Positions 30,371 through 40,205 of a stretch of 64,000 bases of DNA are shown here, piece after piece. The notes beneath the pieces were generated by a model. The model was not told the DNA's origin and did not search any database. It worked only from the letters and a program-made list of their open reading frames with translations. Every line of letters begins with the position of its first letter. The stretch's first letter is position 1. The position numbers were made by a program, and so were the translations under genes. The DNA comes from an uncultured Kiritimatiellota bacterium (GTDB taxonomy: Bacteria > Verrucomicrobiota > Kiritimatiellia > RFP12 > DVOR01), in contig CALXOF010000011.1 in assembly GCA_944389945.1 (NCBI GenBank), positions 539 through 64,538 on the forward strand, in the 5' to 3' direction.

Positions 30371-30403
30371 ACAAAAAAAGGCCCCCACGCGAAGGTGGAG
30401 GCC
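30371..30403 (-). terminator. Rho-independent terminator after folE (possibly bidirectional)
   Basis: AAAAAAA-GGCCCCCAC-GCGAA-GGTGGAGGCC-TTGTTTGG; on the minus strand the stem is followed by a T7 run. Confidence 0.65.
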
Positions 30404-30434
30404 TTGTTTGGATTGCCGTCCCCGGCGAGGACGG

Positions 30435-31004
30435 TCACTTGACGAGGGACATGAACTCGGCGCGGACGCCGGCATCGGTGCGGAAGGAGCCGAGGACAGA
30501 GGAGGTGACGGTGACGGCGTTCTGTTTCTCGACGCCGCGCATCATCATGCAGAGGTGGGCGCAGCTCATGACGACGCCGACGCCCTCGGCACCGGTGATG
30601 TCCTCGATGGCATGGGCAATCTCTTCGGTGAGGCGCTCCTGAATCTGGAGGCGGCGGGCGAAGCAATCGACGATGCGGGCGACCTTGCTGAGGCCGACGA
30701 CGTGGCCGTTGGCGATGTAGCCGACGTGGCAGCGTCCGTAGAAGGGCAGGAGATGGTGCTCGCAGAGGGAGTAGATCTCGATGTCGCGGACGATGACCAT
30801 ATTGTTGGCGGCGGACTCGAAGACGGCGCCGTTGAGGACCTCTTGGGGTGTCTGGCGGTAGCCTTGGGTGAGGTAGGTCATCGCCTTGGCGACGCGCTCG
30901 GGGGTCTTCAGGAGGCCTTCACGATCGGGATCCTCGCCGAGCTCGATGAGGAGCTGGCGGACGAGGGCGGCAATCTTGGTCTGGTCGGGTTCGCGGTTCA
31001 GCAT
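30435..31004 (-). CDS. folE: GTP cyclohydrolase I (FolE)
   Basis: CEHHLLPF...[34 protein letters not shown] is the FolE signature. Start taken at MLNREPD (the track ORF extends to 31046). Confidence 0.9.
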   Translation of the reverse strand: MLNREPDQTKIAALVRQLLIELGEDPDREGLLKTPERVAKAMTYLTQGYRQTPQEVLNGAVFESAANNMVIVRDIEIYSLCEHHLLPFYGRCHVGYIANGHVVGLSKVARIVDCFARRLQIQERLTEEIAHAIEDITGAEGVGVVMSCAHLCMMMRGVEKQNAVTVTSSVLGSFRTDAGVRAEFMSLVK

Positions 31005-32077
31005 GGGAGGATGATTTCGTGGGGCGTGTGGGAGAGGACCTCGCAACCGGTCTCGGTGATGACGAGGAGGTCTTCGATGCGGACGCCGACGTCGCCGGGG
31101 ATGTAGATGCCGGGCTCGTCGGTGACGACCATGCCGGGCTGGAGGACGGTCTCGCAGCGGAAGGAGAGGTTGGGCTGCTCGTGGATTTCCAGACCCACGC
31201 TGTGGCCGAGGGAGTGGCCGAAGTAGTCACCGTAGCCGGCCTTGGCGATGATGTCGCGGGCGATCTTGTCGGCGTCGCAGCAGCGCATGCCGGGCTTGAT
31301 GGCGGCGCGGACGGCGGCGTTGGCCTCGAGGACGATGTTGAAAATCTCCTTGAAGCGGGGCGTGGGGTCGCCAAAGAAGACGGTGCGCGTCATGTCGGAG
31401 CAGTAGTCATCGACCTTGACGCCCATGTCGATGAGGAGCTCGGACTGGGGCTGAAGGATGGAGCCGTCGGGCTGGTGGTGGCACTCCACGGCGTTGACGC
31501 CGGCGCAGAGGATGGGGTCGAAGGACTCCACCAGGCCGCGCTCGGCCTCGGCGATGCGGAATTGGCGGAGCATCTCCAGCTCGCTCATGCCGGGGCGGAA
31601 GCGCGTGAGCAGGTCGGCCAGGAGCGCGTCGTTGGCGGCGGCGGAGCGGCGGATGGCGTCGATCTCGGCGGCACACTTGACGGCGCGGATGTCGCCGATG
31701 TGCTTGGTGACGCTCACCATCTTGGCCTTCGCGAAGGTCTCCTGCAAAGGCAGGAACTGCGCCACGGAGAGGTCGGATTCGTAGCCCACCTGCTTCCAGT
31801 TCGCACCCATCGCGGCATAGTCGGCGAGCTGCTCTTTGTCGAGCTTGAACTTGCGGATCTCCACACCGGTGAGGACGCGGTGGGCGACCTCGAGGTAGCG
31901 GAAGTCGGTGTAGAAGATGGGCGTCCCCTGGCGCTCCACGAGCAACAGGCCGTTGGAGGTTTGCAGACCCGTGAAGTAACGGCGGTTGACGGAGGAGTAA
32001 ATGAAGGCCGCGTCAATATCCGCCGCGGCCATGGCGGCCTGCAGCCGCCCAATGCGGGAAAGATGTTCGGCATCCAT
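30998..32077 (-). CDS. M24 family Xaa-Pro aminopeptidase
   Basis: [13 protein letters not shown] metal-binding motif and pita-bread-fold C-terminal region. Confidence 0.85.
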   Translation of the reverse strand: MDAEHLSRIGRLQAAMAAADIDAAFIYSSVNRRYFTGLQTSNGLLLVERQGTPIFYTDFRYLEVAHRVLTGVEIRKFKLDKEQLADYAAMGANWKQVGYESDLSVAQFLPLQETFAKAKMVSVTKHIGDIRAVKCAAEIDAIRRSAAANDALLADLLTRFRPGMSELEMLRQFRIAEAERGLVESFDPILCAGVNAVECHHQPDGSILQPQSELLIDMGVKVDDYCSDMTRTVFFGDPTPRFKEIFNIVLEANAAVRAAIKPGMRCCDADKIARDIIAKAGYGDYFGHSLGHSVGLEIHEQPNLSFRCETVLQPGMVVTDEPGIYIPGDVGVRIEDLLVITETGCEVLSHTPHEIILPC

Positions 32078-32273
32078 AAGGAAAACCTGTGATTAGGGGA
32101 AGGGCGCTAACGCGCCCTAGAAAACAGAGAACGGAGAACAGAAAACAGAGGCGCCCTAACGGGCGACGGAAGAATCGAAGGGGTGTGGGGCGGAACCCCA
32201 TCAAGAAGGCCAAGCCTCCAAACTTCCAAACTTCCGGACGCGAAGCGTCCTCCGTTTTCTGTTCTCTTGTTTG

Positions 32274-33833
32274 TTACTTGACGAAGAGGTCGTCGGCGGT
32301 CATCTGGACGGGCTTCTCGAGGCCGAGGAGGTCCAGGCAGGTGACGGCGATGTCGGAGAGCTTGCCATCGGGGCGCATGGTGCGCAGGTCGGCGTCCTTG
32401 GCCACATAGATGCACTCGACCTTGTTGAGAGTGTGGGAGGTCTTGGGCATGCCGGTGGCGTAGTCGACCATCTGCTCGGCGTTGCCGTGGTCGGCGGTGA
32501 TGAGGACGTGGGCGTCGAGCTCCATCAGGCGGGGGAGCACCTTGCCGATGCACTCATCGACGATCTCGACGGCGCGGGTGGCGGCCTCGAGGTTGCCGGT
32601 GTGGCCGACCATGTCGCAGTTGGCATAGTTCACCACGATGAAGCCGTAGGGGTTGTTCTCCAGGCGCTTGAGGAGTTCGTCGGTGACGTTGTAGGCCTCC
32701 ATCTCGGGGTGCGAGGCGAAGGTGGCGGGGTCGAAGCGGCTGGGCACTTCCACCTGGTCCTCACCCTCATAGGGCTTGGTGCTCTTGCCGTTGAAGAAGC
32801 TGGTGACGTGGCGGAACTTCTGAGTCTCGGCCAGGCGGAGCTGGCGGATGCCGGCCTTGGAGACGACCTCGCCCAGGAGCATGTCCATGGCGCCGTCGCC
32901 GCCCATCGCGCCGAGGAGGTAGTCGTTGAACTCGTCCCAGTAACGGGTGAAGCCGAGGTAGACGACCTTGGGGCGGCGGGGGCGCGCACCGGCGTAGTCG
33001 TCGCACACGAAGGCCTGGGTCAGCTGGATGGCGCGGTCCTGGCGATAGTTGGTGTGCATCACGCTGTCGCCGTCCTGGATGCCGGCGTAGTCGCCGATGA
33101 CGGAGCAGGGGATGTACTCATCGGTCATCGGGTCGCCGTCGGGGGTCTTCTCGGTGTCGTAGGCGGTCTTGACGGCCTCCTCGACGGTGGCGAAGCGCTT
33201 GCCCTTGGCGTCGACCAGGCACTCGAAGGCCTCGGAGGTCAGCACCCAGTTCTTGGAGCGGTCCATCGCGTAGTAGCGGCCCATCGCCGTGCCGATAACG
33301 CAGCCGCCGACCTCGGCCATCACGCCCTGGAGCTTGGCGAGGTATTCCAGCGTGGAGCGCGGGGGCGTGTCGCGGCCGTCCAGGAAAGGATGGACCACGA
33401 TGCGGCCCTCGGGGAACTCCTGGCGGGCGCGGCGCATGATCTTGAAGAGGTGCTCCTGGTGGGCGTGGACGCCCTCGTCCTGCAGCAGGCCCATGAGGTG
33501 GAGCTGGGAGTTGTTGGCCTTCCAGTTGGCGATGAGCGCCTCCCACTTCGGGCTCTTGAAGAGCTCGCCGCTCTTCAGGCCGTCGTCAATGCGCTTGAGC
33601 TCCTGCTCCACAATGCGGCCCGCGCCCATGTTCAGGTGGCCCACCTCGGAAGAGCCCTGGTAGCCATCGGGCAGGCCCACTTCCTCGCCCGAGCACTCAA
33701 TGCGGCACCACGGATAACGCGCGCGCAGACGGTCGATGACGGGGGTCTTGGCATTGAAGACGGAGTTGCCGGCGAAACGGGGATTCATCCCCCAGCCGTC
33801 GCGGATGATCAAGCAAACAGGACGTTTGGACAT
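32274..33833 (-). CDS. gpmI: 2,3-bisphosphoglycerate-independent phosphoglycerate mutase (GpmI)
   Basis: MSKRPVCLIIRDGWGMNP N-terminus and ITADHGNAEQM motif. Start is at residue 42 of the track ORF. Confidence 0.9.
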   Translation of the reverse strand: MSKRPVCLIIRDGWGMNPRFAGNSVFNAKTPVIDRLRARYPWCRIECSGEEVGLPDGYQGSSEVGHLNMGAGRIVEQELKRIDDGLKSGELFKSPKWEALIANWKANNSQLHLMGLLQDEGVHAHQEHLFKIMRRARQEFPEGRIVVHPFLDGRDTPPRSTLEYLAKLQGVMAEVGGCVIGTAMGRYYAMDRSKNWVLTSEAFECLVDAKGKRFATVEEAVKTAYDTEKTPDGDPMTDEYIPCSVIGDYAGIQDGDSVMHTNYRQDRAIQLTQAFVCDDYAGARPRRPKVVYLGFTRYWDEFNDYLLGAMGGDGAMDMLLGEVVSKAGIRQLRLAETQKFRHVTSFFNGKSTKPYEGEDQVEVPSRFDPATFASHPEMEAYNVTDELLKRLENNPYGFIVVNYANCDMVGHTGNLEAATRAVEIVDECIGKVLPRLMELDAHVLITADHGNAEQMVDYATGMPKTSHTLNKVECIYVAKDADLRTMRPDGKLSDIAVTCLDLLGLEKPVQMTADDLFVK

Positions 33834-34085
33834 GATTGGGTTCCTTTCTGAAAGTCGCCTATAAGTATAGCACATCCCGCCACCCCCCACGCACGCACCA
33901 ACCAAGACCCAATGTGTCCAAGGTAAGGGGAAGGCTCTGAGGCCTGAGCGACGCAAGAAAAACCGCAGATTCCGCAGATTTTGAGCAGATTAAGGGCGTG
34001 CTACCGCACGCAGGACTGCCAGCGTGTTTTGAAAATTACAAAGGATGCCAAGAACTCCGTGAGGCGTGAAGTGGAGGGCGGCGGG

Positions 34086-35381
34086 TCAGGCAAGCAGGAA
34101 GGTCGCGTAGAGCGGGAGGGAGAGGAGGTCCGGAGTGCGCCCGAAAGGTCGCTCGGAAAGCCGGACGGCGCGGAGACCGGGCGTGCGTTCGCGTAATACA
34201 CCAAGGCTCTTGGAGCGAACATGTTGGCCGCGTTTAACCTCGATTGCGACAGGTTCGCTCCGGCCATCATAAATGAAATCGACCTCGGCGGTACCTTTGC
34301 TTTCCCAATAATAGGGAGTCAGTCCGTTCGCGGTGAGCGCTTGGGCGACATAGGTTTCCGTGAGGCCTCCAAAGGCTTGGCCGGGGATGGCGGCGACAAT
34401 GTCGTCCGGCCGAAAGCCCGCCATCGCGGCAAAGAGGCCCACGTCCATGTGATAGGCCTTGAAGACCGCGGACTCGACATGGGGAGCCAATGGGGATTCC
34501 ACCACCGGAACGCGATGGCAGAGTGTGACCAGGCCGGCCTGCACCAACCAGTCAAGCGCGGTCTCAAAACGGCTGGCCGTCGCGCCGCGCTGCAACACGC
34601 TGTACTGGAACTTTTGGTTCTGCTTCGCCAACTGCTCGGGAAGGGAACGATAACAGGCCTGAATACGACGGCTCTCCGTGGCGGAGGCATAGCGCGTCAT
34701 GTCCGCGAGTGCACCTTGCTGAAGGTTGGCCTGCACGGTTCGGACCGCCATCCAGTCCGGCGCGGCGGGATGCTCCAGATAGGTCAGCACCGCCTCGGGC
34801 ATGCCACCGACAATCAAATAGTGGCGGTAAAGGCGGATGAGCTCCTCGTGAAGAAAGTTGGGGAAGTTGCCGGTTTTCAGGAAGTCCCGCAACAAGGCGG
34901 TCTGGAGGTCGCGCCCACAGGCCCACAAGAACTCCTCGAAATCCATGGGATGTAACGTCTCGATCGTCACCTTGCCCACGGGAAAGCCCGCATCCCCCGG
35001 ACGCACACTCACGCCCAAAAGACTCCCCGCCGCGGCAATAGGAATCTCCGGCTTCTGTTCGTAAAAGTACTTCAGAGAAGTCAGCGCACGTTTGCAGCTT
35101 TGGATTTCGTCGAAGAAGAGGAGCGTCCGCGGGGTGATGGGCCTATTGAGCTCTGCCGAAAGCATCTGCAAGAGCGTTTCCGGAAAGAGGCTCCCTTCGA
35201 AGAGTTCTCTGGCGCGGGCATTTTGCTCAAAGTTGACATAGGCCAGGCCTTCGAAGTGTGTGCGACCCAGCTCCTGCAACAGATAGGTCTTACCAATCTG
35301 GCGTGCACCCAGCAGGATAAGCGGTTTGCGTGTGGGAGAAGTCGCCCACGCCACCAATTTGTCCATCATTTTCCGCTTCAT
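34086..35381 (-). CDS. AAA+ ATPase with DUF4143 (AAA_14/DUF4143 family)
   Basis: Walker A LLGARQIGKTYLL and a C-terminal DUF4143-like region. Confidence 0.75.
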   Translation of the reverse strand: MKRKMMDKLVAWATSPTRKPLILLGARQIGKTYLLQELGRTHFEGLAYVNFEQNARARELFEGSLFPETLLQMLSAELNRPITPRTLLFFDEIQSCKRALTSLKYFYEQKPEIPIAAAGSLLGVSVRPGDAGFPVGKVTIETLHPMDFEEFLWACGRDLQTALLRDFLKTGNFPNFLHEELIRLYRHYLIVGGMPEAVLTYLEHPAAPDWMAVRTVQANLQQGALADMTRYASATESRRIQACYRSLPEQLAKQNQKFQYSVLQRGATASRFETALDWLVQAGLVTLCHRVPVVESPLAPHVESAVFKAYHMDVGLFAAMAGFRPDDIVAAIPGQAFGGLTETYVAQALTANGLTPYYWESKGTAEVDFIYDGRSEPVAIEVKRGQHVRSKSLGVLRERTPGLRAVRLSERPFGRTPDLLSLPLYATFLLA

Positions 35382-35582
35382 CTGCTGCCTCCTTTTGCCC
35401 GACAGTATACCACATTCTCTTCCTTATCTTCGGAAAAGTTGTATGAAGTGCAACTTTTTACATGGAAAAAGTTGCAAAAGTGATGACTTTTTCGAAGATA
35501 AGGGGATTGGCGCGGGGAAAAGGGGGCTCTAATAGAGGCAACACAGCGCGGGGGATGGGGAGGCCCAAAAGGGTCTTTTCTG

Positions 35583-35672
35583 GACCCTTAAGGGTTTCGG
35601 GTCAGACCACTATAGGGTCTCGCCCCCGACCACTATAGTGGTTGACCTCGGACCACTATAGGGTCTCAGAAA
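35583..35672 (-). repeat. REP-like palindromic element copy A5
   Basis: Same unit. Confidence 0.85.
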
Positions 35673-35686
35673 GGGGTGTTTAGGGG

Positions 35687-38600
35687 TCATTTGACGCTTG
35701 CGGTGCGGAGGGCTTCGAGGTCGGCGCGGTCGCGGGGGGTGAGGGTGGCGCCGAGGGAGACGCGGAGGGTGTCGGCAATGCGGCGGGCCTCGTCTTTCTT
35801 GCCTTCGCCGAGGGCGATCCAGGCATCGACAAAGGCGATGCGGGGGTCGACGGTGAGGTGGAGTTTCTCGGCAATGTCGTGGGCCTGTTGGAGGGCTTCG
35901 CGGGCTTCCTCGAGTTTGCCGGCGCGGGCCAGGGTGAGGGCATAGGTGGCGCGGAGGACGTAGTTCGCGGGGGCGAGGCGAAGGGAGGCGTCCTCGGCGA
36001 TGCGGATGGCTTTGTCGCGGTCGGCGGGGTCGTCGGAGCGCGCGAGGGTCTCGGCGTAGTTGTTGAGGAGCTCGAGGCCGGAGGCTTGGCCGAGGGCGTC
36101 GTAGGCCTGGCCGAAGTAGCGGCGGGCCTCGTTGAAGTTGGCGGCCTCCATGCGCTGGGTGCCGATGACGAAGTTGGCGAAGGGGTTGGAGGGCTCGTCG
36201 CGGAGGATGGCGAAGGCATCGGTCTCGGCGGCGGTCTTGTCGCCCAAGCGGCGGTCGATGTGGAGGATGCTTTCGAGGAGGCGGCTGCGGATACGGGGGC
36301 GGAGGGAGTAGGCGCGGCGGTAGTGGTCGCGGGCCTCTTTCCAACGCGCGCGGGCGGCGGGAGGCAGGGTGGCGGAGGAGACGGCCCCGGCCTCGGCCTT
36401 GAGCGCTTGGGACTGGGCCAGACGGCCGCGGATGATGGCCGCGAAGTAGGCGTCCTGCCCGGTGGCCTGGGTGAGGTGGGCGATGTAGCCATCGGCAACG
36501 CGGTAGTGTTCCTCGGCGCGGGTCTCGTTGTTGGCGGCGCGGGCCTTGTCGCCGCGCTCGATTTCGATCATGGCGAGCATGGCCCAGCCGTCGAGGGCCT
36601 CGGGATTGGCCTTGAGGTAGGCGGCGATTTCCTTCGCGGCGCCGTCCAGGTCGCCCATGGCCATGAGGTAGGCCGCTTGGTCGAAGATCAGGGGCGTGAG
36701 CGGCGGTCTGGCCTCATCGAGGGCCTGCCGGGCACGGACCAAGAAGCGCGCGGCCTCGGAGGGGTCGCCGTCGCGCAGGGCGATGCGAGTCAGGCCGCGC
36801 AGGGCCTCGGCGCGGAAGAGGGCGTTGCCCTGGCCTTCCGCCTCCTTCAAGAGTTGCTCGTAGTTCTCCTTGGGGAGGTCGGTCGGGCCCTTGAGGGCCT
36901 CGATGGCGCCGGCGGAGTCCTTGACGATGAGGCAGGCGTCGGCACGGGAGAGGGCCTCGGCGAAGACCGACTTGCGGGCATCGAAGTCGCGCATATAGAC
37001 ATCGACGACGGCCCCGGCGCGGGCCAGGTATTGGCCGGCCTCCTGTAGGTTGCCCCGCTGGAGCGACAGACGGGCCAGGCCGCGCAGGGCCTCGAAGTTG
37101 TCGGGATCGTACTTCAGCACGCCGCGATAGAGCGCCTCGGAGCTCTCCAGCTGGCCGTGGAGCTCGTAGACGGCGGCGGTGGCGACGTTGACGTTGGCGA
37201 GGGAGGCGTCGCCCAGCGCGGCGCGGCGGCCGCCCAGGTAGGAGAGGACGGCCTCTGGCGCGGCGGTGGCGGCCCAGCCCCACCCGCGTTGCACAAAGAA
37301 GGCGTAGTTGCGGATGTAGCCGTGGATGTAGCCCACCGAGCCGAAGTCGTAGCGGCGGCCGGTCTCCTGCAACGATTTGGCGAAGGCCTCGAAGTCGGTC
37401 CGAATTTCCTCGCGGTGCTCGGGCAGGAAGCCCCGCTCGACGCAGAGGTAGAAGGCGTTGAGCTTGGCCGAGAGGTTCTCCGGGTTGGTCTTGAAGGCGT
37501 AGTAGTAGCAATCGGCGGCCTGGGCCAGACGCTTCTGTGCGGTGGCCGCCAGGGTCTGCGCCTCATCGGTGCGGCCCTGGTGTGCGGCCTCGAGGGCGTT
37601 GGCCTCGGCCAGTGCGCCCTGGTCGTTGAGCCACACACCCTGGTTGTTGGCCATGAAGGCGAGGTGCCGGCGGACGGCGCCCTGCGTGCTACGGTTCAGG
37701 TCCCACCACGGGAGGGGCTCGCCCTCCACCACGGGCGCCCAACGGGTCTGCAAGTCGCGTTGCGCCGCGAGCAGGGCCTCCACCTCCGTCTCGGAGGCCA
37801 GGTGTTGAGCGGGCGTGGGCAGATAGAAGGTGCCCTTGGGCAGGGCCCGCTGCGCGCCGGCCCCAACGTCCTCCGTGACGCGATGCGCGTCAAGGGCGAA
37901 CCAGACGTCGGCCCGGTCATAGGTCGCCGCGATTTCACGCACGTTCGGCTGCGCCTTGAAGAAATCCTCCACGAAGACATAGAAATTGTAGTCCAGCAGG
38001 TGCGTCAGGCGCAGACGGTCCCCCACCCCAAGCGCGGGGTCCTCCTCCAGCCGCCGGCGCAGCCGCGCGGCATAGGTGTTGCGCCGCAGGGCGGCGTCCA
38101 ACGCCTTCTCGGCCTCGGAATCCGGCTCCGTTTCGGCCATCCCCAAGCGATCCGCCAGCCTCAGCACAAAGATGGTCAAAGGGAATCCGCGCTCCCGCGC
38201 CACCAGCGCCAGGTGCGGGTCAATCGTCCCCAGCCGGGAGCCCAGCAGATAGGTGCGGTTTTCCTGCCGCAACGCCTCCACCGTCTCGGCGGCGAAACGC
38301 GTCGCCATGCCCCGGTCCATCGCCAAGAAGCGCGCCGTCTGCACCCAGTCCGCCACTCCGAGCGCCGCAATCGCCGCCGCGAAGACCACGCCCGAGACGG
38401 CGCGCCCCGCCTTCACCGCCCCCGGCTCAAGATGCGTGTCCGGGTCAAGATAGGCCAGGGCCTTTGCAAAGAGCTGCACGCCCCAGCCAGCCACCAACAT
38501 GCCGCAGGCCAATGCGCCGGTCCACCCCACGGCCAACGGTTGCGCCCCGAGCCCCAGCCAATTCGCCCAGGGCGACAACGCCTCCAGGCCCCACTGCAAG

Positions 38601-39604
38601 GCCACCGCGCCCGCCGTGACCACCAGACCGGCCACCATCAGGCCCACCGAGCGCACATTGTCCATCAGCCGCCGCGCCACCCCCCAGGCCACCAGCGGCA
38701 ACACCACGGCCCCGCCCAAATTGATGAGCCACGGGCCCACGAACCATCCCGTGATGGTCGGCAAGGCCACCTGTGCCAAGACCTCGCGCTCCACCCCCCA
38801 TAGCGCCGTCGGCGAAAGTCCGCCCGTCACGCGCCACGTGTTGAAGGCCAGCGTCACCCCCGCGCCCAGAGCCAGACCCAGGAACCAAATCGGCAGATTC
38901 TTCGCGCTGTGGTCCCACAGACGCCACTCCGTCATCACCGCCCGCAGGAAGAGCACCGGCAGGAAGAGAAGCACCCACGGCGTCTCCACCGCGCACACAC
39001 CCAGCACAATCGACGCCACCGCCATCCAGCGCCGCTGACCGCCGTTCATCGCGTAGACATTTTGCAGCACCACGCAGAGCAGGAGCAACATGAAGCCCCA
39101 GGCGTTGAAGGTCAGCGCCGTTACGCCATAAAGGCCCGGCATCGTGAAGGTCAGCACCAAGCACACCGCCCCCGCGGCCACCCACGACCACCGCATCTTG
39201 GCCAGACGCCCAGACTCCTCCCCCATGCCGTCCAGACACCAAAAGCGCACCAGCAGCCACGTCAGCATCACCGTCAGCCCCATCACCGCCGCGCCCAACA
39301 GGTTCAGCGCCCCCATCGAAGGCACCTCCCCAAAGGCCCCCGCCAACGTCCACAACAGCGGGTGGCTCGCCCACAACACATTCTGCGGCCCCACAAACTC
39401 CATCACCACCGGCGAGCCCGAGAGCGCCGCCAGTGCCGTCGTGTTCTCGCCCGGCACCGCGAAGTCACCCCCCAGCACCGCGCCCACCACAAACGCCAGC
39501 AGACCAAAGCCCAGCGCCCACAACACCGCCCGCAACCGGGTAGGCCACCGCGGCGCCTCCGGATAAGGACGCGAACACAGATATTCCAGTAACGACCTAA
39601 ACAT
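35687..39604 (-). CDS. Large polytopic membrane protein with C-terminal TPR-repeat array (DUF2723/GT39-like N-domain)
   Basis: Start MFRSLLEYLCSRPYP is in frame. The N-terminal about 550 aa has many TM helices; the C-terminal about 700 aa has TPR-like repeats (ALRGLARLSLQRGNLQEAGQYLARA…). Upstream of this start, the track ORF translates repeat family H. Confidence 0.7.
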   Translation of the reverse strand: MFRSLLEYLCSRPYPEAPRWPTRLRAVLWALGFGLLAFVVGAVLGGDFAVPGENTTALAALSGSPVVMEFVGPQNVLWASHPLLWTLAGAFGEVPSMGALNLLGAAVMGLTVMLTWLLVRFWCLDGMGEESGRLAKMRWSWVAAGAVCLVLTFTMPGLYGVTALTFNAWGFMLLLLCVVLQNVYAMNGGQRRWMAVASIVLGVCAVETPWVLLFLPVLFLRAVMTEWRLWDHSAKNLPIWFLGLALGAGVTLAFNTWRVTGGLSPTALWGVEREVLAQVALPTITGWFVGPWLINLGGAVVLPLVAWGVARRLMDNVRSVGLMVAGLVVTAGAVALQWGLEALSPWANWLGLGAQPLAVGWTGALACGMLVAGWGVQLFAKALAYLDPDTHLEPGAVKAGRAVSGVVFAAAIAALGVADWVQTARFLAMDRGMATRFAAETVEALRQENRTYLLGSRLGTIDPHLALVARERGFPLTIFVLRLADRLGMAETEPDSEAEKALDAALRRNTYAARLRRRLEEDPALGVGDRLRLTHLLDYNFYVFVEDFFKAQPNVREIAATYDRADVWFALDAHRVTEDVGAGAQRALPKGTFYLPTPAQHLASETEVEALLAAQRDLQTRWAPVVEGEPLPWWDLNRSTQGAVRRHLAFMANNQGVWLNDQGALAEANALEAAHQGRTDEAQTLAATAQKRLAQAADCYYYAFKTNPENLSAKLNAFYLCVERGFLPEHREEIRTDFEAFAKSLQETGRRYDFGSVGYIHGYIRNYAFFVQRGWGWAATAAPEAVLSYLGGRRAALGDASLANVNVATAAVYELHGQLESSEALYRGVLKYDPDNFEALRGLARLSLQRGNLQEAGQYLARAGAVVDVYMRDFDARKSVFAEALSRADACLIVKDSAGAIEALKGPTDLPKENYEQLLKEAEGQGNALFRAEALRGLTRIALRDGDPSEAARFLVRARQALDEARPPLTPLIFDQAAYLMAMGDLDGAAKEIAAYLKANPEALDGWAMLAMIEIERGDKARAANNETRAEEHYRVADGYIAHLTQATGQDAYFAAIIRGRLAQSQALKAEAGAVSSATLPPAARARWKEARDHYRRAYSLRPRIRSRLLESILHIDRRLGDKTAAETDAFAILRDEPSNPFANFVIGTQRMEAANFNEARRYFGQAYDALGQASGLELLNNYAETLARSDDPADRDKAIRIAEDASLRLAPANYVLRATYALTLARAGKLEEAREALQQAHDIAEKLHLTVDPRIAFVDAWIALGEGKKDEARRIADTLRVSLGATLTPRDRADLEALRTASVK

Positions 39605-39849
39605 AAAGACTCCTCCGATGGAAATATCTGTAAGTATACCATAAGGGGCGAACGGCGTTGCCGCCCGCCCCGGAGAACGAAGGGCAGAGAATAGAGAACA
39701 GAGAACGGAGAACAGAAAACAGAACGCCCCCGCGGGGCGACGGGTGGAGCCAAGAAATCGGCAAGCCTCCTTTTCCCAGACTCTACTGCGAAGATAGCCG
39801 GCGCTGGGGGCTACCCAATGACAGGTGTCGAAGATGGCATATCTTGCGA

Positions 39850-39960
39850 AAGGCAGTGATGTTGATGTTGATTTAGAGAAGGCAAATGACAGGTCTTTAG
39901 CAAGGGTGTATGATACATTCACCGGCCTCTAAGCCGCTCAACTGCCATTTGGGTAGATTT
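39850..39960 (-). repeat. Mosaic repeat family H copy (reverse orientation)
   Basis: Reverse complement matches 9085-9190. Confidence 0.75.
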
Positions 39961-40003
39961 CTGGCAAGAGAGCATGGTGCCAATCACCAGGTTTTAAACC
40001 GGT

Positions 40004-40036
40004 GTTAACTCTTTGAGCGCCCCTTCAGGGGTGCGA
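40004..40036. repeat. Left 28-bp inverted repeat (CTTTGAGCGCCCCTTCAGGGGTGCGAT) bounding the paralog-2 segment
   Basis: Reverse complement of 42090-42122 (27/28 identity). Found only at these two sites in the window. Confidence 0.75.
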
Positions 40037-40205
40037 TAGCGTGGAAATCCCAAGGGCGGCGCAATCAACGGGAGCGAGGAAGCCCATAGGGTTTCCTCGC
40101 AAGACCGTCTTCGCGGTAAAACTTCCCCGGACACTGCTGGGGCTCATTACTGGGACGTTATCTCACGTGTGTGCTTTTGCTATACTGACGGCAAAGGAGC
40201 GCGAC